This document shows, in pieces, positions 36,890-46,832 of a stretch of 64,000 nt of DNA. The translations under genes and the position numbers were made by a program. The stretch lies in IMG/VR virus record IMGVR_UViG_3300044698_000419, positions 1 to 64,000 of that record. One strand, written 5' to 3'. Every line of letters begins with the position of its first letter. The first letter of the stretch is position 1. The notes under the pieces are model-generated. The model was given only the letters and a program-made list of their open reading frames with translations. It had not been told where the DNA came from and made no database searches. Origin of the DNA: a virus.

Positions 36890-37321
36890 TTAGCCACGCG
36901 TCCATTGGACCTGCTGCGTGGCAGCCCGGTTTCTCTCCTGCTGATCGGCCTCACGCTCGTCGTTGCGCAGGAGACTCTTCACCACGGACGGGGCCAGCCC
37001 CAGTTCCGCAGCGTGCGCACGCACCTGATCCGCGCACTCCCTGAAGCCCTCCACCCAGCGCTGCGACGCCTCGTCGGAGATCCTGTTGATGCCGTCGTGC
37101 AGCTCACGTGTGACCTTCTCGCTCTGCACGATCTGCTTGATCAGAGCGTTCTGGATCCGGCAGATACGTTCCACCAGGTCATCCGGAAGCCCGGCGGGGA
37201 GGTGATCGTCGAGCACCGTGCGGACTGCGGCCTCGTTCTCCATGCGCATCCGCACATCGAGCGCGCGGAGCCGCCTGCTCTCCGCGCGCGACCTCTCGAA
37301 CTCCTCGCGTGTGACGCTCAC
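36890..37321 (-). CDS. Hypothetical helical protein
   Basis: GTGA coupling. Confidence 0.6.
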   Translation of the reverse strand: MSVTREEFERSRAESRRLRALDVRMRMENEAAVRTVLDDHLPAGLPDDLVERICRIQNALIKQIVQSEKVTRELHDGINRISDEASQRWVEGFRECADQVRAHAAELGLAPSVVKSLLRNDEREADQQERNRAATQQVQWTRG

Positions 37322-38052
37322 GCGCCCTCCGTCTCCAGCTCCTGCTGCTTCACGGCTGCCCGTTCCACCTGGAACTCCATCTCCGGGACGGCCTTGCGCT
37401 TCTTCGCCAGGACGGCGGGAAGGTTCGGGTGCCTAGGTTCGTCCTTCAGCCACCGCTCGTAGAGCTTGATGCGGCCCTTCAGTACGGCGAGCCGGGCATC
37501 CGCCGCCTCGACGAGGTTCCCCGTGAAGTTGCCGCCCTCGATCCGCACCTGCTCTTCACGCAGACGGGCCGACTCCGGCAGGACGTAGTCCGGGGTGCGC
37601 GGCGTCACCTCCAGACCGGCTTCCACGCGCCGATCCTTCAGAACCCACGGCGGGGTGCCCTTCTTGGCGCCCCGGCCCGGGTTGTGGCTCGGAGCGCGAC
37701 GGGGCGGCGGGGTGCTGGCGCGGGGTGCGGCGGGACGGCGTTCGTCCATGAAGCGGCGCGGAACGCGGGGCTGGAAGCCGCCGAGCCGTACCGACATGGG
37801 CCGGTCGTTGTTCATGCCGTACACGGAGACGATCTTCATGTCCCCGAGTGTCTTGACGATGTCCTTCGCCTCGGTCAGGCCGAGCTTCTTGCCGTCGCGG
37901 TCCTCCAGCTCCGCCACGTCGGCGGAAGTGACGGGCCGGTTGGCGGCGGTCGACCAGGACAGCAGGGCGAGGATCGCCATCTCTTCGTAGTCGAGCTGAG
38001 CGAGAACCGTAGGCGACGGGGCGATGCCCGTCCAGGTCTGCCTCTCGTTCAT
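37318..38052 (-). CDS. Hypothetical protein, N-terminal wHTH-like
   Basis: RBS GGAGAAG. Confidence 0.6.
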   Translation of the reverse strand: MNERQTWTGIAPSPTVLAQLDYEEMAILALLSWSTAANRPVTSADVAELEDRDGKKLGLTEAKDIVKTLGDMKIVSVYGMNNDRPMSVRLGGFQPRVPRRFMDERRPAAPRASTPPPRRAPSHNPGRGAKKGTPPWVLKDRRVEAGLEVTPRTPDYVLPESARLREEQVRIEGGNFTGNLVEAADARLAVLKGRIKLYERWLKDEPRHPNLPAVLAKKRKAVPEMEFQVERAAVKQQELETEGA

Positions 38053-38221
38053 GACTTCTCCCTTCCTTGTCCCCGAATCACGGGGATCATGATAGGCATG
38101 ATAGCCCCGTTGACCTGGGCCTGTCACTCTCGGTTCAACCCTCTGGGGTTAAGAGGAAAAGCGAGATGTTCCTGTGACGCAGATCGCCAAGGGCGGCTTG
38201 CGCCAAACATGTTGATCTGGA

Positions 38222-38238
38222 TAGACTGGCCTAGGCAG
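38222..38238 (+). promoter_or_regulatory. -10 TAGACT plus operator variant TGGCCTAGGCAG
   Basis: Same arrangement as 53756 and 63069. Confidence 0.5.
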
Positions 38239-38437
38239 CAACGGAAAAAGCCGTAAATGAAGCCGAGGAAAGGCAGAAGAGCGTGACGCTCGAATTCCGA
38301 GACGGAAGCGGAAGTGGTGGCAGCTCCGGCGGGGACGGGGACACCACGGGGATCCCGGCTGGTAACCGGGGCCAGGGCAGTGACAACAGCGGCAAGTCCA
38401 TCAAGGACTGGCGCGCGGGACGAGGAGCGGTCTGACG

Positions 38438-39127
38438 ATGGCGAACATGAACAAGGACCAGGCGCCGCCCACCCTTTCGGACGCGCAGATCGCACCGGCC
38501 GGACTCCCCATGCTGGACGAGGGCGACGTCGCCACCGTCTCCGGCACCATCAGCGTCGGCGTCGCGTGGGACGCCTCCACCCGGGGCAAGAGCGGCTTCG
38601 TCGGCAAGCTGTTCCGCAAGGTCGGCGCCGACCTCGACGCCTCCGTGGTTCTCTTCCAGGACCAGGAGCCGGTGACCCTCTGTATCGGCTTCACGCCCGA
38701 GCTGATGAACCCGCTGCACGGCCAGCCCGGCGACGGTTCGGTTCTGCACTCCGGCGACAACGAGACCGGCGACGGCGAGGGCGACGACGAGACGGTCACC
38801 CTGCACCTCGACAAGATCCCGGCCGAGTTCCACCGGATCGTCGTCCAGGTCTCCGCCTTCAAGGAGAAGAACAAGAAGCTCGGCGACAAGGGCTTCCAGG
38901 GCGCGAACAACGTGCTGTTCACCGTCTACGACGGCGCGGGCGCGGGCGCGGACAAGCAGTTCTGCATCCGGCCATCGCTGGTCGGCACCGAGAACTGCGT
39001 CATCGTCGCGGTCCTCGACCGCGTCGGCAACACCGTCAACTGGAACCTGAGCAAGCGCAAGGTCCGGGTCAACGTCAAGCACGGCGACCTCACCGACCTG
39101 ATCCGCAAGGCCGCCGCCGCCAACTGA
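38438..39127 (+). CDS. terD: TerD-family protein
   Basis: VGVAWD, DLDAS, HSGDNETGDGEGDDETVTLHLDKIP. Confidence 0.88.
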   Translation: MANMNKDQAPPTLSDAQIAPAGLPMLDEGDVATVSGTISVGVAWDASTRGKSGFVGKLFRKVGADLDASVVLFQDQEPVTLCIGFTPELMNPLHGQPGDGSVLHSGDNETGDGEGDDETVTLHLDKIPAEFHRIVVQVSAFKEKNKKLGDKGFQGANNVLFTVYDGAGAGADKQFCIRPSLVGTENCVIVAVLDRVGNTVNWNLSKRKVRVNVKHGDLTDLIRKAAAAN

Positions 39128-39246
39128 CGACACGGCCGCACCAAGTGCTGAAGAGCCTGCCTCCACACCCCCGGGAGGCGGGCTCTTCTTCGTTGTCACG
39201 GATACGCTTTCGTCCTGACGACGAACCCAGGAATGGGGTGGACCGG

Positions 39247-40041
39247 ATGGCCAACGGATACGACGGCATCAGCCTCAAGGCGACCAGGCTCAACGAGGCG
39301 AGCAGTTCATCGCTGCCGATGTCTGTCGCAGTGCGGGACAAGCGCTTCACGAAGAAGGGGATCGGCTTCCGCACGCAGAAGGAGGCCGCCGCGAGCAAGG
39401 ACTACCCCGGAGGCGAAGCGAAGAGGAAGCGCGGGGACGACGACCGCAAGCTGCCCTGGGAGACCGCGCAGGAGGCGACCAGCCCCCAGATCAAGCCGCG
39501 CGACACCCTGGAGAGGTCGGGACTCCTGGAGGCCCTTCCTCCGTGGCTGAAGAAGAAGGGCGAGGGTGACGAGGAAGAGCAGAAGGAGGCGGTCGCCCAG
39601 TTCGTACAGGAGAACATGTACGGCTTCCCCTACGAGGACGACGCCCGGATGGCGCTCGCCATTCTCAGTCAGTTCGTGGACGGCGACATTCTCGACGACC
39701 TCCAGCAGGCCATCGAGGACCAGTTCGGCGACCCCTCCGAGGTGCCCGAGGATATGCACGTCATGCCGGACGGAACGATCATGCCGGATGCGATGCACGA
39801 GAGCGCGCTCCAGGAGGCCCCTCTCACCGCCGACCAGCGCAACAAGCTGCCGAACTCCGCCTTCGCACTTCCCGGCGAACGGGCGTATCCCATCGACACC
39901 CCCGAGAGGGCCAGGGCCGCGCTTTCCCGGGTCGAGCAGTTCGGCTCGGACGAGGAGAAGCGCAAGGTGCGCGCCGCCGTGAAGAAGAAGTACCCGAACA
40001 TGGATGTGGAGCCGAAGCGCGGAGAGCGCGGAAGCGACTGA
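39247..40041 (+). CDS. Hypothetical protein with C-terminal DUF6582-like domain
   Basis: LTADQRNKLPNSAFALPGERAYPIDTPERARAALSRV; HVMPDGTIM motif. Confidence 0.7.
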   Translation: MANGYDGISLKATRLNEASSSSLPMSVAVRDKRFTKKGIGFRTQKEAAASKDYPGGEAKRKRGDDDRKLPWETAQEATSPQIKPRDTLERSGLLEALPPWLKKKGEGDEEEQKEAVAQFVQENMYGFPYEDDARMALAILSQFVDGDILDDLQQAIEDQFGDPSEVPEDMHVMPDGTIMPDAMHESALQEAPLTADQRNKLPNSAFALPGERAYPIDTPERARAALSRVEQFGSDEEKRKVRAAVKKKYPNMDVEPKRGERGSD

Positions 40042-40189
40042 GCGCGGACATGGGCGGACCCCGCTGCGGTAGGAATGGCCGGGCAACGGCCACGCAACGG
40101 GGTCCTGAAGGAGCCGTCCGGGTCAGTAGGGCGCCTCGTGAAGCACGACCATCATCCCGTCCGAGGATGGCCGGAGGCAAGCGTTTCGG

Positions 40190-40783
40190 TCAGTCCTGCT
40201 GATCTTCCGTGTGGTACAGCAGGCCGGTCGGCAGAGCCATCACCGAACAGTTCACCCAACGGCAGACATCCTGGGCGGCCGGGCCGTACTGCACGTACAT
40301 CGCCGTGGTGGTCGCCCGGTCGGCCAGGGTGTATTCACTGCCTTCGCGTCGAGCCTGTTCGACCTCGGCTCCCCACGTCTCATGGGAGCAAGTCCACTCC
40401 TCGCGTTCGCCCAGGAAAATGCCGAACCCCTCGACCATCGCGTTCTTCTCGGCCTGGGTCTCGAACCTGGGGCGCCTGGCGGTGCCCAGCTCGGCAACGA
40501 GATCTCCCGTGCGGGGGGTGTCCATGCGTTCGTACGCGGCACGTCCCTGCTCGGTATGGGCGCCCCGCAGGGTGGCCTGCCAGAGCTGGTAGGCGATGGT
40601 GAGAATGACCGCACGACGTCTGACCGCCGGACCTTCCAGGCTCAGCAGGTCGTCCCTCGTGCGGTCGATTCCACGAACGTTCTCATGCGGTTGCGGCCAA
40701 CTTGATTCCGTCAGCATTCCCGGCACCCTTCCTCTCGCTTTCCGGGTAGGAATTGTACCGGGAAATGAGTTCAGAGTCGCCAC
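40190..40783 (-). CDS. Hypothetical protein (start uncertain)
   Basis: Codon bias in 3' two-thirds. Confidence 0.5.
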   Translation of the reverse strand: MATLNSFPGTIPTRKARGRVPGMLTESSWPQPHENVRGIDRTRDDLLSLEGPAVRRRAVILTIAYQLWQATLRGAHTEQGRAAYERMDTPRTGDLVAELGTARRPRFETQAEKNAMVEGFGIFLGEREEWTCSHETWGAEVEQARREGSEYTLADRATTTAMYVQYGPAAQDVCRWVNCSVMALPTGLLYHTEDQQD

Positions 40784-40930
40784 ATGGTGGCGGTCCGATT
40801 TCGCTCATTGATGAAGTTCGACTTGGGGGTCTGGTCGTGGTCGGGCCAGTAGTTGCGGGTCGGGACCCGGGTCGTACGGCCCGTCATGCTGCCGTGGATG
40901 CCCGACGTCGTGGTGGAGCATCCGGAAGAG

Positions 40931-41128
40931 CTAGCTGTCGCCACCGTCGGCCTCCTTGTACGGACCCAGCCTGTTCTGCCGCATCCATTCTCCCAGGGGA
41001 AGGCCGCTGGCGAGCCATTCGTCCCTGGAGTGGAAGGACATGACGAGTTCGCCGGGTTCCAGCCTGATCTTGACCGGCTCGACGGGCAGCACCAGGCCGC
41101 CCGGACTGAAGGGGGTGTCGGTGGTCAT
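40931..41128 (-). CDS. Hypothetical protein
   Basis: RBS GGGAG; ATGA coupling. Confidence 0.5.
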   Translation of the reverse strand: MTTDTPFSPGGLVLPVEPVKIRLEPGELVMSFHSRDEWLASGLPLGEWMRQNRLGPYKEADGGDS

Positions 41129-41319
41129 GCGGACAGCTCTCCCAGCCATTGAAGGATCTGGTACCAGTCGTAGATCAGGATCGCCATCTGTATGTCGACG
41201 TACAGGGCGGTGGCGACGAGGGCGTAGAAGAGACACTGAAGGGCGCCGCGCAGCGGCGAGGGAATGGGCACGGTGAGTTCCTGCGGTGAAGCACCTGTGA
41301 GGGGGACAGGAAATATCAT
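41125..41319 (-). CDS. Small membrane protein
   Basis: Hydrophobic; coupled. Confidence 0.45.
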   Translation of the reverse strand: MIFPVPLTGASPQELTVPIPSPLRGALQCLFYALVATALYVDIQMAILIYDWYQILQWLGELSA

Positions 41320-41975
41320 CGCAGGCCGAACGCCTTGCCGAAGTGCTCCATCAGGTCATTCCGGCCGACAATCGGCCAACCTGACGCAATGGCGTGGGTG
41401 CGCAGCTTCTCCGACGGCTCGAACGCCACCGGGTGGCCGACCCGCTGGAGCATCCCGATGTCGTTGTAGCCGTTGCCGACGGCCCCCACTCGCCCATCCC
41501 GCTCATTGCGGTCAGCCATCGCCTGCCAGGTGAGAACCGACTTCACCGTGGACGAGTCGACGATCCGGCGGAAGTCTTCCCCCGGCGTGATGGTGCAGGC
41601 GTACACGGCCTCGGCGTCGAACAGTTCGCCGACCTTCTCCGCGAGCACCTGCGGGGCGCCGGAGATCAGGACCACGCCGACCCGCTGGCGCCGGAGCAGC
41701 CCCGCCAGCTCCTCCGTGAAGGGCATCAGCTCTACCCGCCCCCATGCCCGGTCGGCCACGTCCCGGTAGCACCCCGGAGGGATCCCCTTCAGGGCCGTGG
41801 GGATGTCGCGGCGGATGGCCTGCATCCCGCTGCGGTCCGGGTCCTCCAGGGCCTCCACGACGCCTTGCAGCAGGACGGCGTCACCGAACCCTTCCTCCAT
41901 GAGCTGTTCGATCAAGCAGCACCACAGGCCCTCTTCGACCAGCGTCCCGTCGATGTCCAGATAGATCGATCGCAC
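41316..41975 (-). CDS. HAD-family (SerB-like) phosphatase
   Basis: DIDGT, LISG, K, VGNGYND. Confidence 0.85.
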   Translation of the reverse strand: MRSIYLDIDGTLVEEGLWCCLIEQLMEEGFGDAVLLQGVVEALEDPDRSGMQAIRRDIPTALKGIPPGCYRDVADRAWGRVELMPFTEELAGLLRRQRVGVVLISGAPQVLAEKVGELFDAEAVYACTITPGEDFRRIVDSSTVKSVLTWQAMADRNERDGRVGAVGNGYNDIGMLQRVGHPVAFEPSEKLRTHAIASGWPIVGRNDLMEHFGKAFGLR

Positions 41976-42052
41976 GTCTCTTTCCTCTCCTCACGCGTTC
42001 CGAATAGGACTAGAATAGCGGTAGGAAAAGAGATGGAACGACTGGGGGAAAC

Positions 42053-42346
42053 ATGACAACGAAGCTGGAGACCGGGAGCGTCGAGCCGGACGCCATCGAG
42101 CGGTCACTGGAGTTCGCCGGGCTTCCGTGGGAGTCGCTACGGCGCGGCTCACACCCGGACAGCGGCGATGACTGCCTCTTCCTGGAGGGAACGATCCAGC
42201 AGTACAGCGCCTTCCTGGTGGCGCTCGCCGTGCAGCACAGGGGGGCGGGGCGCATGTCCTTCCTGGTGGACCAGGTGCAGCTCCAGACGGACAACGAGGG
42301 CGACACCAGGTTCTGGATGCCGGGGCTGACGGTCCGGGGTATCTGA
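42053..42346 (+). CDS. Hypothetical protein
   Basis: Lone rightward gene with own terminator. Confidence 0.6.
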   Translation: MTTKLETGSVEPDAIERSLEFAGLPWESLRRGSHPDSGDDCLFLEGTIQQYSAFLVALAVQHRGAGRMSFLVDQVQLQTDNEGDTRFWMPGLTVRGI

Positions 42347-42354
42347 GAAACGAC

Positions 42355-42390
42355 GAAGGGGCCGCTTCCCGGGTGGGAGGCGGCCCCTTC
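42355..42390. terminator. Bidirectional hairpin terminator
   Basis: GAAGGGGCCGCTTCCC...GGGAGGCGGCCCCTTC. Confidence 0.7.
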
Positions 42391-42397
42391 TGTGTGC

Positions 42398-42928
42398 TCA
42401 GCGTTCGACGCAGGTCTTCGTCACCCGGCCGCCCAGCAGCGGGCCGGGCCAGTTCGTCTCGGGGTCCACGTAGCGCATGATCCAGCCGTAGTCGTCGGCG
42501 AACCAGTCCCAGCGGGGCTCGGACCCCACCTCGCCCTTCAGGTGCTCGACGCAGGCTCCCTGTGCCGCCTCCAGGCTCGTGTGCACGCGCGAGGGCTGCC
42601 CGTCGTACTCGGAGACGTAGACGTTCTCACTGACGCCCTGGGTAGATCCCCGGGGGTGCTGGAGCAGGCGCTGGAGCAGCCCGGCGGCCCGGCCCTTGTG
42701 TTTCTGCGGGATGAGCCCCAGCAGGGCCCTGCGGATGCCGTCCTCGCTCATCTCTTCTTCATCCTCTCCGGTGATCTTCCGTGCCAGCCAGCGGGCCAGG
42801 TCCACAGCCGTGATGACGACCTTGCTCACGATCATGAAGACCATGAAGCTGGAGAGCAGGAGGAACGTGATCACGATGATCCTCAGCCAGAACTCGTTCC
42901 ACCCAAGCTCTCCGGGATCGAGGTTCAC
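42398..42928 (-). CDS. Hypothetical protein with N-terminal TM
   Basis: RBS AAGGAG. Confidence 0.6.
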   Translation of the reverse strand: MNLDPGELGWNEFWLRIIVITFLLLSSFMVFMIVSKVVITAVDLARWLARKITGEDEEEMSEDGIRRALLGLIPQKHKGRAAGLLQRLLQHPRGSTQGVSENVYVSEYDGQPSRVHTSLEAAQGACVEHLKGEVGSEPRWDWFADDYGWIMRYVDPETNWPGPLLGGRVTKTCVER

Positions 42929-43089
42929 TCCTTCTCCTCGACCGCCACCACCGCTACCTCCCAGTCGGTCCCCTGGGCGATGCGTTCCCCCAGGATGTTC
43001 AGGAAATCAAGATCCCCTGGGGTCAGTTCCCCGGTCAGCGCGACTGACCTGTCTGAGGTGTTGTCCCTGATCACGACGCGTACCTTCAC
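42925..43089 (-). CDS. Small hypothetical protein
   Basis: RBS AAAGGAG. Confidence 0.5.
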   Translation of the reverse strand: MKVRVVIRDNTSDRSVALTGELTPGDLDFLNILGERIAQGTDWEVAVVAVEEKE

Positions 43090-43142
43090 CCTCGCTCTCC
43101 TTTCCTGCGAAAGCGGGGCCGCACCTGGCGGCCCCGCTCCGT

Positions 43143-43613
43143 TCAGTTCTTGCGGCGCTTCCGGCTGCCCGGAGCGCTCACGGTCTCTTCCCAGCCTTCG
43201 GGCACGTGAGGATGGACGCCGACCAGCAGCACCCATCCGCCGACCTCGACCCCCTCCTCCTTCAGGACGGACTCGACCGAGCCGACGGACTCTTCGTTCT
43301 GGCCGATGACCTCGCCGTCCTTGACGAAGCCGATCACCTCGACGGCGCCCTCGGCCCCCTCCTTGTGGCGGATCCGCAGCACGACGTCCTGGGCGTACTC
43401 CCAGACGGCGAAGAACTCGCCGTTGGACCAGTCGCCACGGCCGCCCGAGTTCACACGGAAGGCGGCGTTCTTGACCGACTCCATCTTGTTCTTCGGGAAG
43501 GCCGCGTCGGCAACGAGCAGCGTGGGCGACGCGGCCAGGGCCGCTTCCTTGGATGTGTAGGCGGAAGGCCCCTTCGGTGGTTTCCTCAGATACACACCGT
43601 GAACGCGTGCCAT
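43143..43613 (-). CDS. Hypothetical protein
   Basis: RBS GAGGGAG. Confidence 0.65.
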   Translation of the reverse strand: MARVHGVYLRKPPKGPSAYTSKEAALAASPTLLVADAAFPKNKMESVKNAAFRVNSGGRGDWSNGEFFAVWEYAQDVVLRIRHKEGAEGAVEVIGFVKDGEVIGQNEESVGSVESVLKEEGVEVGGWVLLVGVHPHVPEGWEETVSAPGSRKRRKN

Positions 43614-43682
43614 TTGCTCAACTCCCTCACAAGCGGAAACAGGGCAGGATGTTACCCGCGCAAGACGGTTCCTGCGTCCAGC

Positions 43683-43970
43683 CTATGCGGCAATGAGTTC
43701 CCCGGAAAACTCCGGCACGAAAAGCTGCTGGCGAAGGAAGAAGACTTCCTTGAACTCACCTTCGGGGTTGGCCGGAATCTTCGTGTCCCCCGCCGGGTAC
43801 ATGAACCCCTCGGCTCCGTCCCACGCGTCCTCCAGCGAGCCGAAGAGGACGCCGCCGTGGTTCCGGATGGCTCTGGCCGTCAGCGGGCCCACGGCCAGGG
43901 GCTCCAGTCCACGGTGGAACTGGGGAAACAGGTTGATGGTCCACAGATTGTGCCTGACGAGGGTGTACAC
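43683..43970 (-). CDS. Hypothetical protein
   Basis: GTG behind AAGGAG. Confidence 0.55.
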   Translation of the reverse strand: MYTLVRHNLWTINLFPQFHRGLEPLAVGPLTARAIRNHGGVLFGSLEDAWDGAEGFMYPAGDTKIPANPEGEFKEVFFLRQQLFVPEFSGELIAA

Positions 43971-43981
43971 GGCAGTCTCCT

Positions 43982-44182
43982 TCAGACGTTGATCGTCTTG
44001 ATACTGCGGACGGGCCCCTCCTCGGGCGGAACGAAGTCGTACTCGATGTGGCTCCACAGCTTTCGCCGGAGATCGTCCATCGCCTGTTCCTCGGTGTCAC
44101 CCTCACCGGAGAGCCCCGTCCGGGGCTCCTTCACTACGCATCCATACCGGCCGTAGTCCAAGATTTCGACCCTGAACTCCAC
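43982..44182 (-). CDS. HicB-like small protein
   Basis: GLSGEGDTEEQAMDDL resembles HicB N-domain. Confidence 0.45.
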   Translation of the reverse strand: MEFRVEILDYGRYGCVVKEPRTGLSGEGDTEEQAMDDLRRKLWSHIEYDFVPPEEGPVRSIKTINV

Positions 44183-44337
44183 GGTATTGCCCTTTCCTTG
44201 ACGAATAAGGTACCACGAAAAGAGGGCGGCGAAGAGGTCATCCCACAACCCCTTCGCCGCCCTCTTTCGTTACTTCACGGCCCTCAGAAAGACGGCCAGA
44301 AGAACCATTGCCGCGAGTAGCGGCAGCAGCACAGGCA

Positions 44338-44754
44338 CTACTCGGCCTGCTCCAGGAAGGCCAGCTCCTCCGCCGTGCTCCTGCGCTGGCGACGGAACTT
44401 CGTCAGGTCGTACCTGGCCTTCTCCAGGTCGCGCTCACGGTCCGAGACGCGCTCCTCGGCCTCCTCGATCGAGTTGTCCAGGCGGGCCAGCTCGGCGCGG
44501 CGGACGTCGGCCTCGGTCCTCTTGCCCGAGTTCTCCGAGATCCACTCCACGAAGCCGTCCAGTTCGGAGGCGACGAAGTACTTCGTCTTGCCCCACTTCT
44601 TGACGACTCCCGGGATGCGGTCGGCATAGCGGGTGAACATCGAGGAGAGGGACTGGGTGGTGATCCCCGTCCTCTTCTCGAAGTCGGTACGGGTCTCCAG
44701 CTCGTTCTCGCGGCCCTTGTACTGGGGACGCAGCCACTTGTCAGCCGTGGACAT
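44338..44754 (-). CDS. HTH + coiled-coil protein
   Basis: RTDFEKRTGITTQSLS, YF...EL..F, then heptad repeats. Confidence 0.65.
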   Translation of the reverse strand: MSTADKWLRPQYKGRENELETRTDFEKRTGITTQSLSSMFTRYADRIPGVVKKWGKTKYFVASELDGFVEWISENSGKRTEADVRRAELARLDNSIEEAEERVSDRERDLEKARYDLTKFRRQRRSTAEELAFLEQAE

Positions 44755-45839
44755 CAGGAAACCCTCTCTTCGTGGAACTTGCGGACGTCGTCGGCGTGCC
44801 AGACCACGGGCAGGCTGGCGTTCTCGGCGGCGGCCTGGAGCTTTTCGAGCTGGATCAGCTCCGAACCGGAGCGGTACTCCAGCCAGACTTCCATGGCCCG
44901 GCGCACGTGACTGACCTGGTCACGCCGGTCCTTGTTGGTGGCCTTCTTGTTGCTGGCCTTGTTCATGTACTGCTTGCGCAGCAGGTAACGCGGGTCGTCG
45001 CCCTTCTCCCCGAGCTTCGGAAAGCCCTCGCGGTAGCCGGGCTTCAGCGCGTTCAGGAACTCCTGGACGTGCGAGGCGTTCGCCCCGGCGGCCAGCGCCA
45101 TCATGACGGAAGCAGCCAGCGGGCTCGGCGGGATCCGGCTGGAGGCCGCCTGGAGGACGTGCTTCATCCAGGAGCCGTTGTCCCACGTCTCGTGGAAGAA
45201 CGGCCAGCCGTTGACCAGGTCGTAGATGTCCTGGTTGGTGGCGTCATCGACGATCCACTGGTCACGCTCGACACCGTAGAGCACCGGCAGGATGAGCTTG
45301 GCGGCAGCCGCCGACTGGTCCGGGTAGGGCACCTCGCCCAGGAGCTGACCGGCGTTGCGGACGCGGCCGGTGTCGAGCACCGAGAAGGTCCCCCACTGGC
45401 CGTTCGTGGTGATCGGGACCTCGATAGTCCGGCCCGCCAGGAGGCACGCGGCGAACCGGTGCTGGCCGTCGAGCAGGAAGCCGTCGGGGGTGAAGACCAC
45501 GGGGGTCGAGATGCGGGGGTCCCAGTCGCCGTCCTTGACGGTGGAGACCAGGCCCTTCTTCTTCGCGGTTCCCCGCAGGGTGGTGATGAGGAACTTCCGG
45601 TTGCCCGTCATCTCGCCGTGCTTGATGGACCGGGGCATCCGCTCCATCCGGATGACCCGGTACGTCAGGACGTCCCTGGCCATCTCCGGGGTGATCTTCA
45701 TGGACGGGTGGGGGAACGGCCGGTCGGACGGGTGTCCCTCCGGGGTTGCGGGAATCGGGAAGCGGGCTCCGCGCGGGTCGGAAACGAACGTCAGACCCAG
45801 CAGCTTCTCGATGGCGCTCGCGTACTCTTCCTGCGCCAT
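44754..45839 (-). CDS. ParB/Srx-like (DGQHR) domain protein
   Basis: ITPEMA..L, NRK, GFLLDGQHRFAA, LDTGRVR. Confidence 0.75.
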   Translation of the reverse strand: MAQEEYASAIEKLLGLTFVSDPRGARFPIPATPEGHPSDRPFPHPSMKITPEMARDVLTYRVIRMERMPRSIKHGEMTGNRKFLITTLRGTAKKKGLVSTVKDGDWDPRISTPVVFTPDGFLLDGQHRFAACLLAGRTIEVPITTNGQWGTFSVLDTGRVRNAGQLLGEVPYPDQSAAAAKLILPVLYGVERDQWIVDDATNQDIYDLVNGWPFFHETWDNGSWMKHVLQAASSRIPPSPLAASVMMALAAGANASHVQEFLNALKPGYREGFPKLGEKGDDPRYLLRKQYMNKASNKKATNKDRRDQVSHVRRAMEVWLEYRSGSELIQLEKLQAAAENASLPVVWHADDVRKFHEERVS

Positions 45840-45933
45840 GCGTCTCTCCTTTCCGAGAGGTTCTTGGTACATAAAACACGATGGACGTGGAGGGCGTCAA
45901 CACGCCTGGTGAAACGCCCTCCACGAAGGGCAT

Positions 45934-46338
45934 TCAGTCGCCCAGGATCTTGCCCAGCGCACCGCCGACGGCGTCTCCGATCGCCTCGCCGATGTCCTCG
46001 ACCACGTCGAGCACGCGACCGGCGCCCGACCTGCGGTTGCCCGAGCCGCCGCCCCTGGCCGTAACAGGGGCGGAAGAACCGGGAACCGAGCCGTGCTTCG
46101 ACCGGCAGTGCGAGATGACCTTCTGGTGGGCGGTGTACTCCCCGGGGTGCAGCGGGTCGCCGCAGAGCTTGCAGACCCACATCAGGGACTCATCGTCGTA
46201 CCTGACCAGGTTCGCCGGGTTGTTCCTGCTGGGTTCGTGCTCCTTGGTGTGGGCCGAAAGGGCGAAGTCGAAAAGCCGGTCCTCCGTGTCGAACGGCTTG
46301 TCGCAGACCGGACAGAGGTAGATCCCCTCGCCGCTCAC
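45934..46338 (-). CDS. C2H2-like Zn-finger protein
   Basis: CPVC..H...H and CKLC..H...H. Confidence 0.65.
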   Translation of the reverse strand: MSGEGIYLCPVCDKPFDTEDRLFDFALSAHTKEHEPSRNNPANLVRYDDESLMWVCKLCGDPLHPGEYTAHQKVISHCRSKHGSVPGSSAPVTARGGGSGNRRSGAGRVLDVVEDIGEAIGDAVGGALGKILGD

Positions 46339-46832
46339 GACTCCCCCTCCGCCCGGTCCTCCACGGTGCTCTGGAGGTAGCCGACCCCCGCACAGAGACC
46401 GGCGCAGGCGGTGAAGCTCAGGGCGTCCTCCTCGCCGAGGTCCGTGAGGATGGCGATCGGAACCGTCCAGGCCCCACTGTCCCTGGCGCCCTGCTCGACC
46501 GCGATCGGAAGCATCCTCAGCAGCCCCAGGGTTTCCGGGGTGACGGAGGACAGTTCGGGAATCGTCGCCTGGGTGTACCGGTGGGCGAAGCACATGGACA
46601 GGACCGTCGTCGTGGCGAACCAGCCGTGCTCGGAGGTCAGCTCCCGAAGTCCCTCCAGGAGCGTGTCGACGGGGTCCCCATCCTGCTCCATCTTCTCGAA
46701 CATGCTGTTGAGCAGGTTCGGTTCGGCCTCCTGAAGCGCCTCGATCGTGGCGTCGGACGGCGCCGGGTACTTCTCCTGGGGGAGCTTCTGGCCGTTGGCC
46801 ATCAGCTTCAGGACATCCATCAGGTCGAGCAT
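46335..46832 (-). CDS. Hypothetical protein
   Basis: Coupled. Confidence 0.6.
   Translation of the reverse strand: MLDLMDVLKLMANGQKLPQEKYPAPSDATIEALQEAEPNLLNSMFEKMEQDGDPVDTLLEGLRELTSEHGWFATTTVLSMCFAHRYTQATIPELSSVTPETLGLLRMLPIAVEQGARDSGAWTVPIAILTDLGEEDALSFTACAGLCAGVGYLQSTVEDRAEGES

Noticed and set aside
39205-40192. Further hammerheads near 39215 (CTGACGA) and 40185 (CGAAAC, minus strand)
   Set aside because: Partner core motif and stems are missing.
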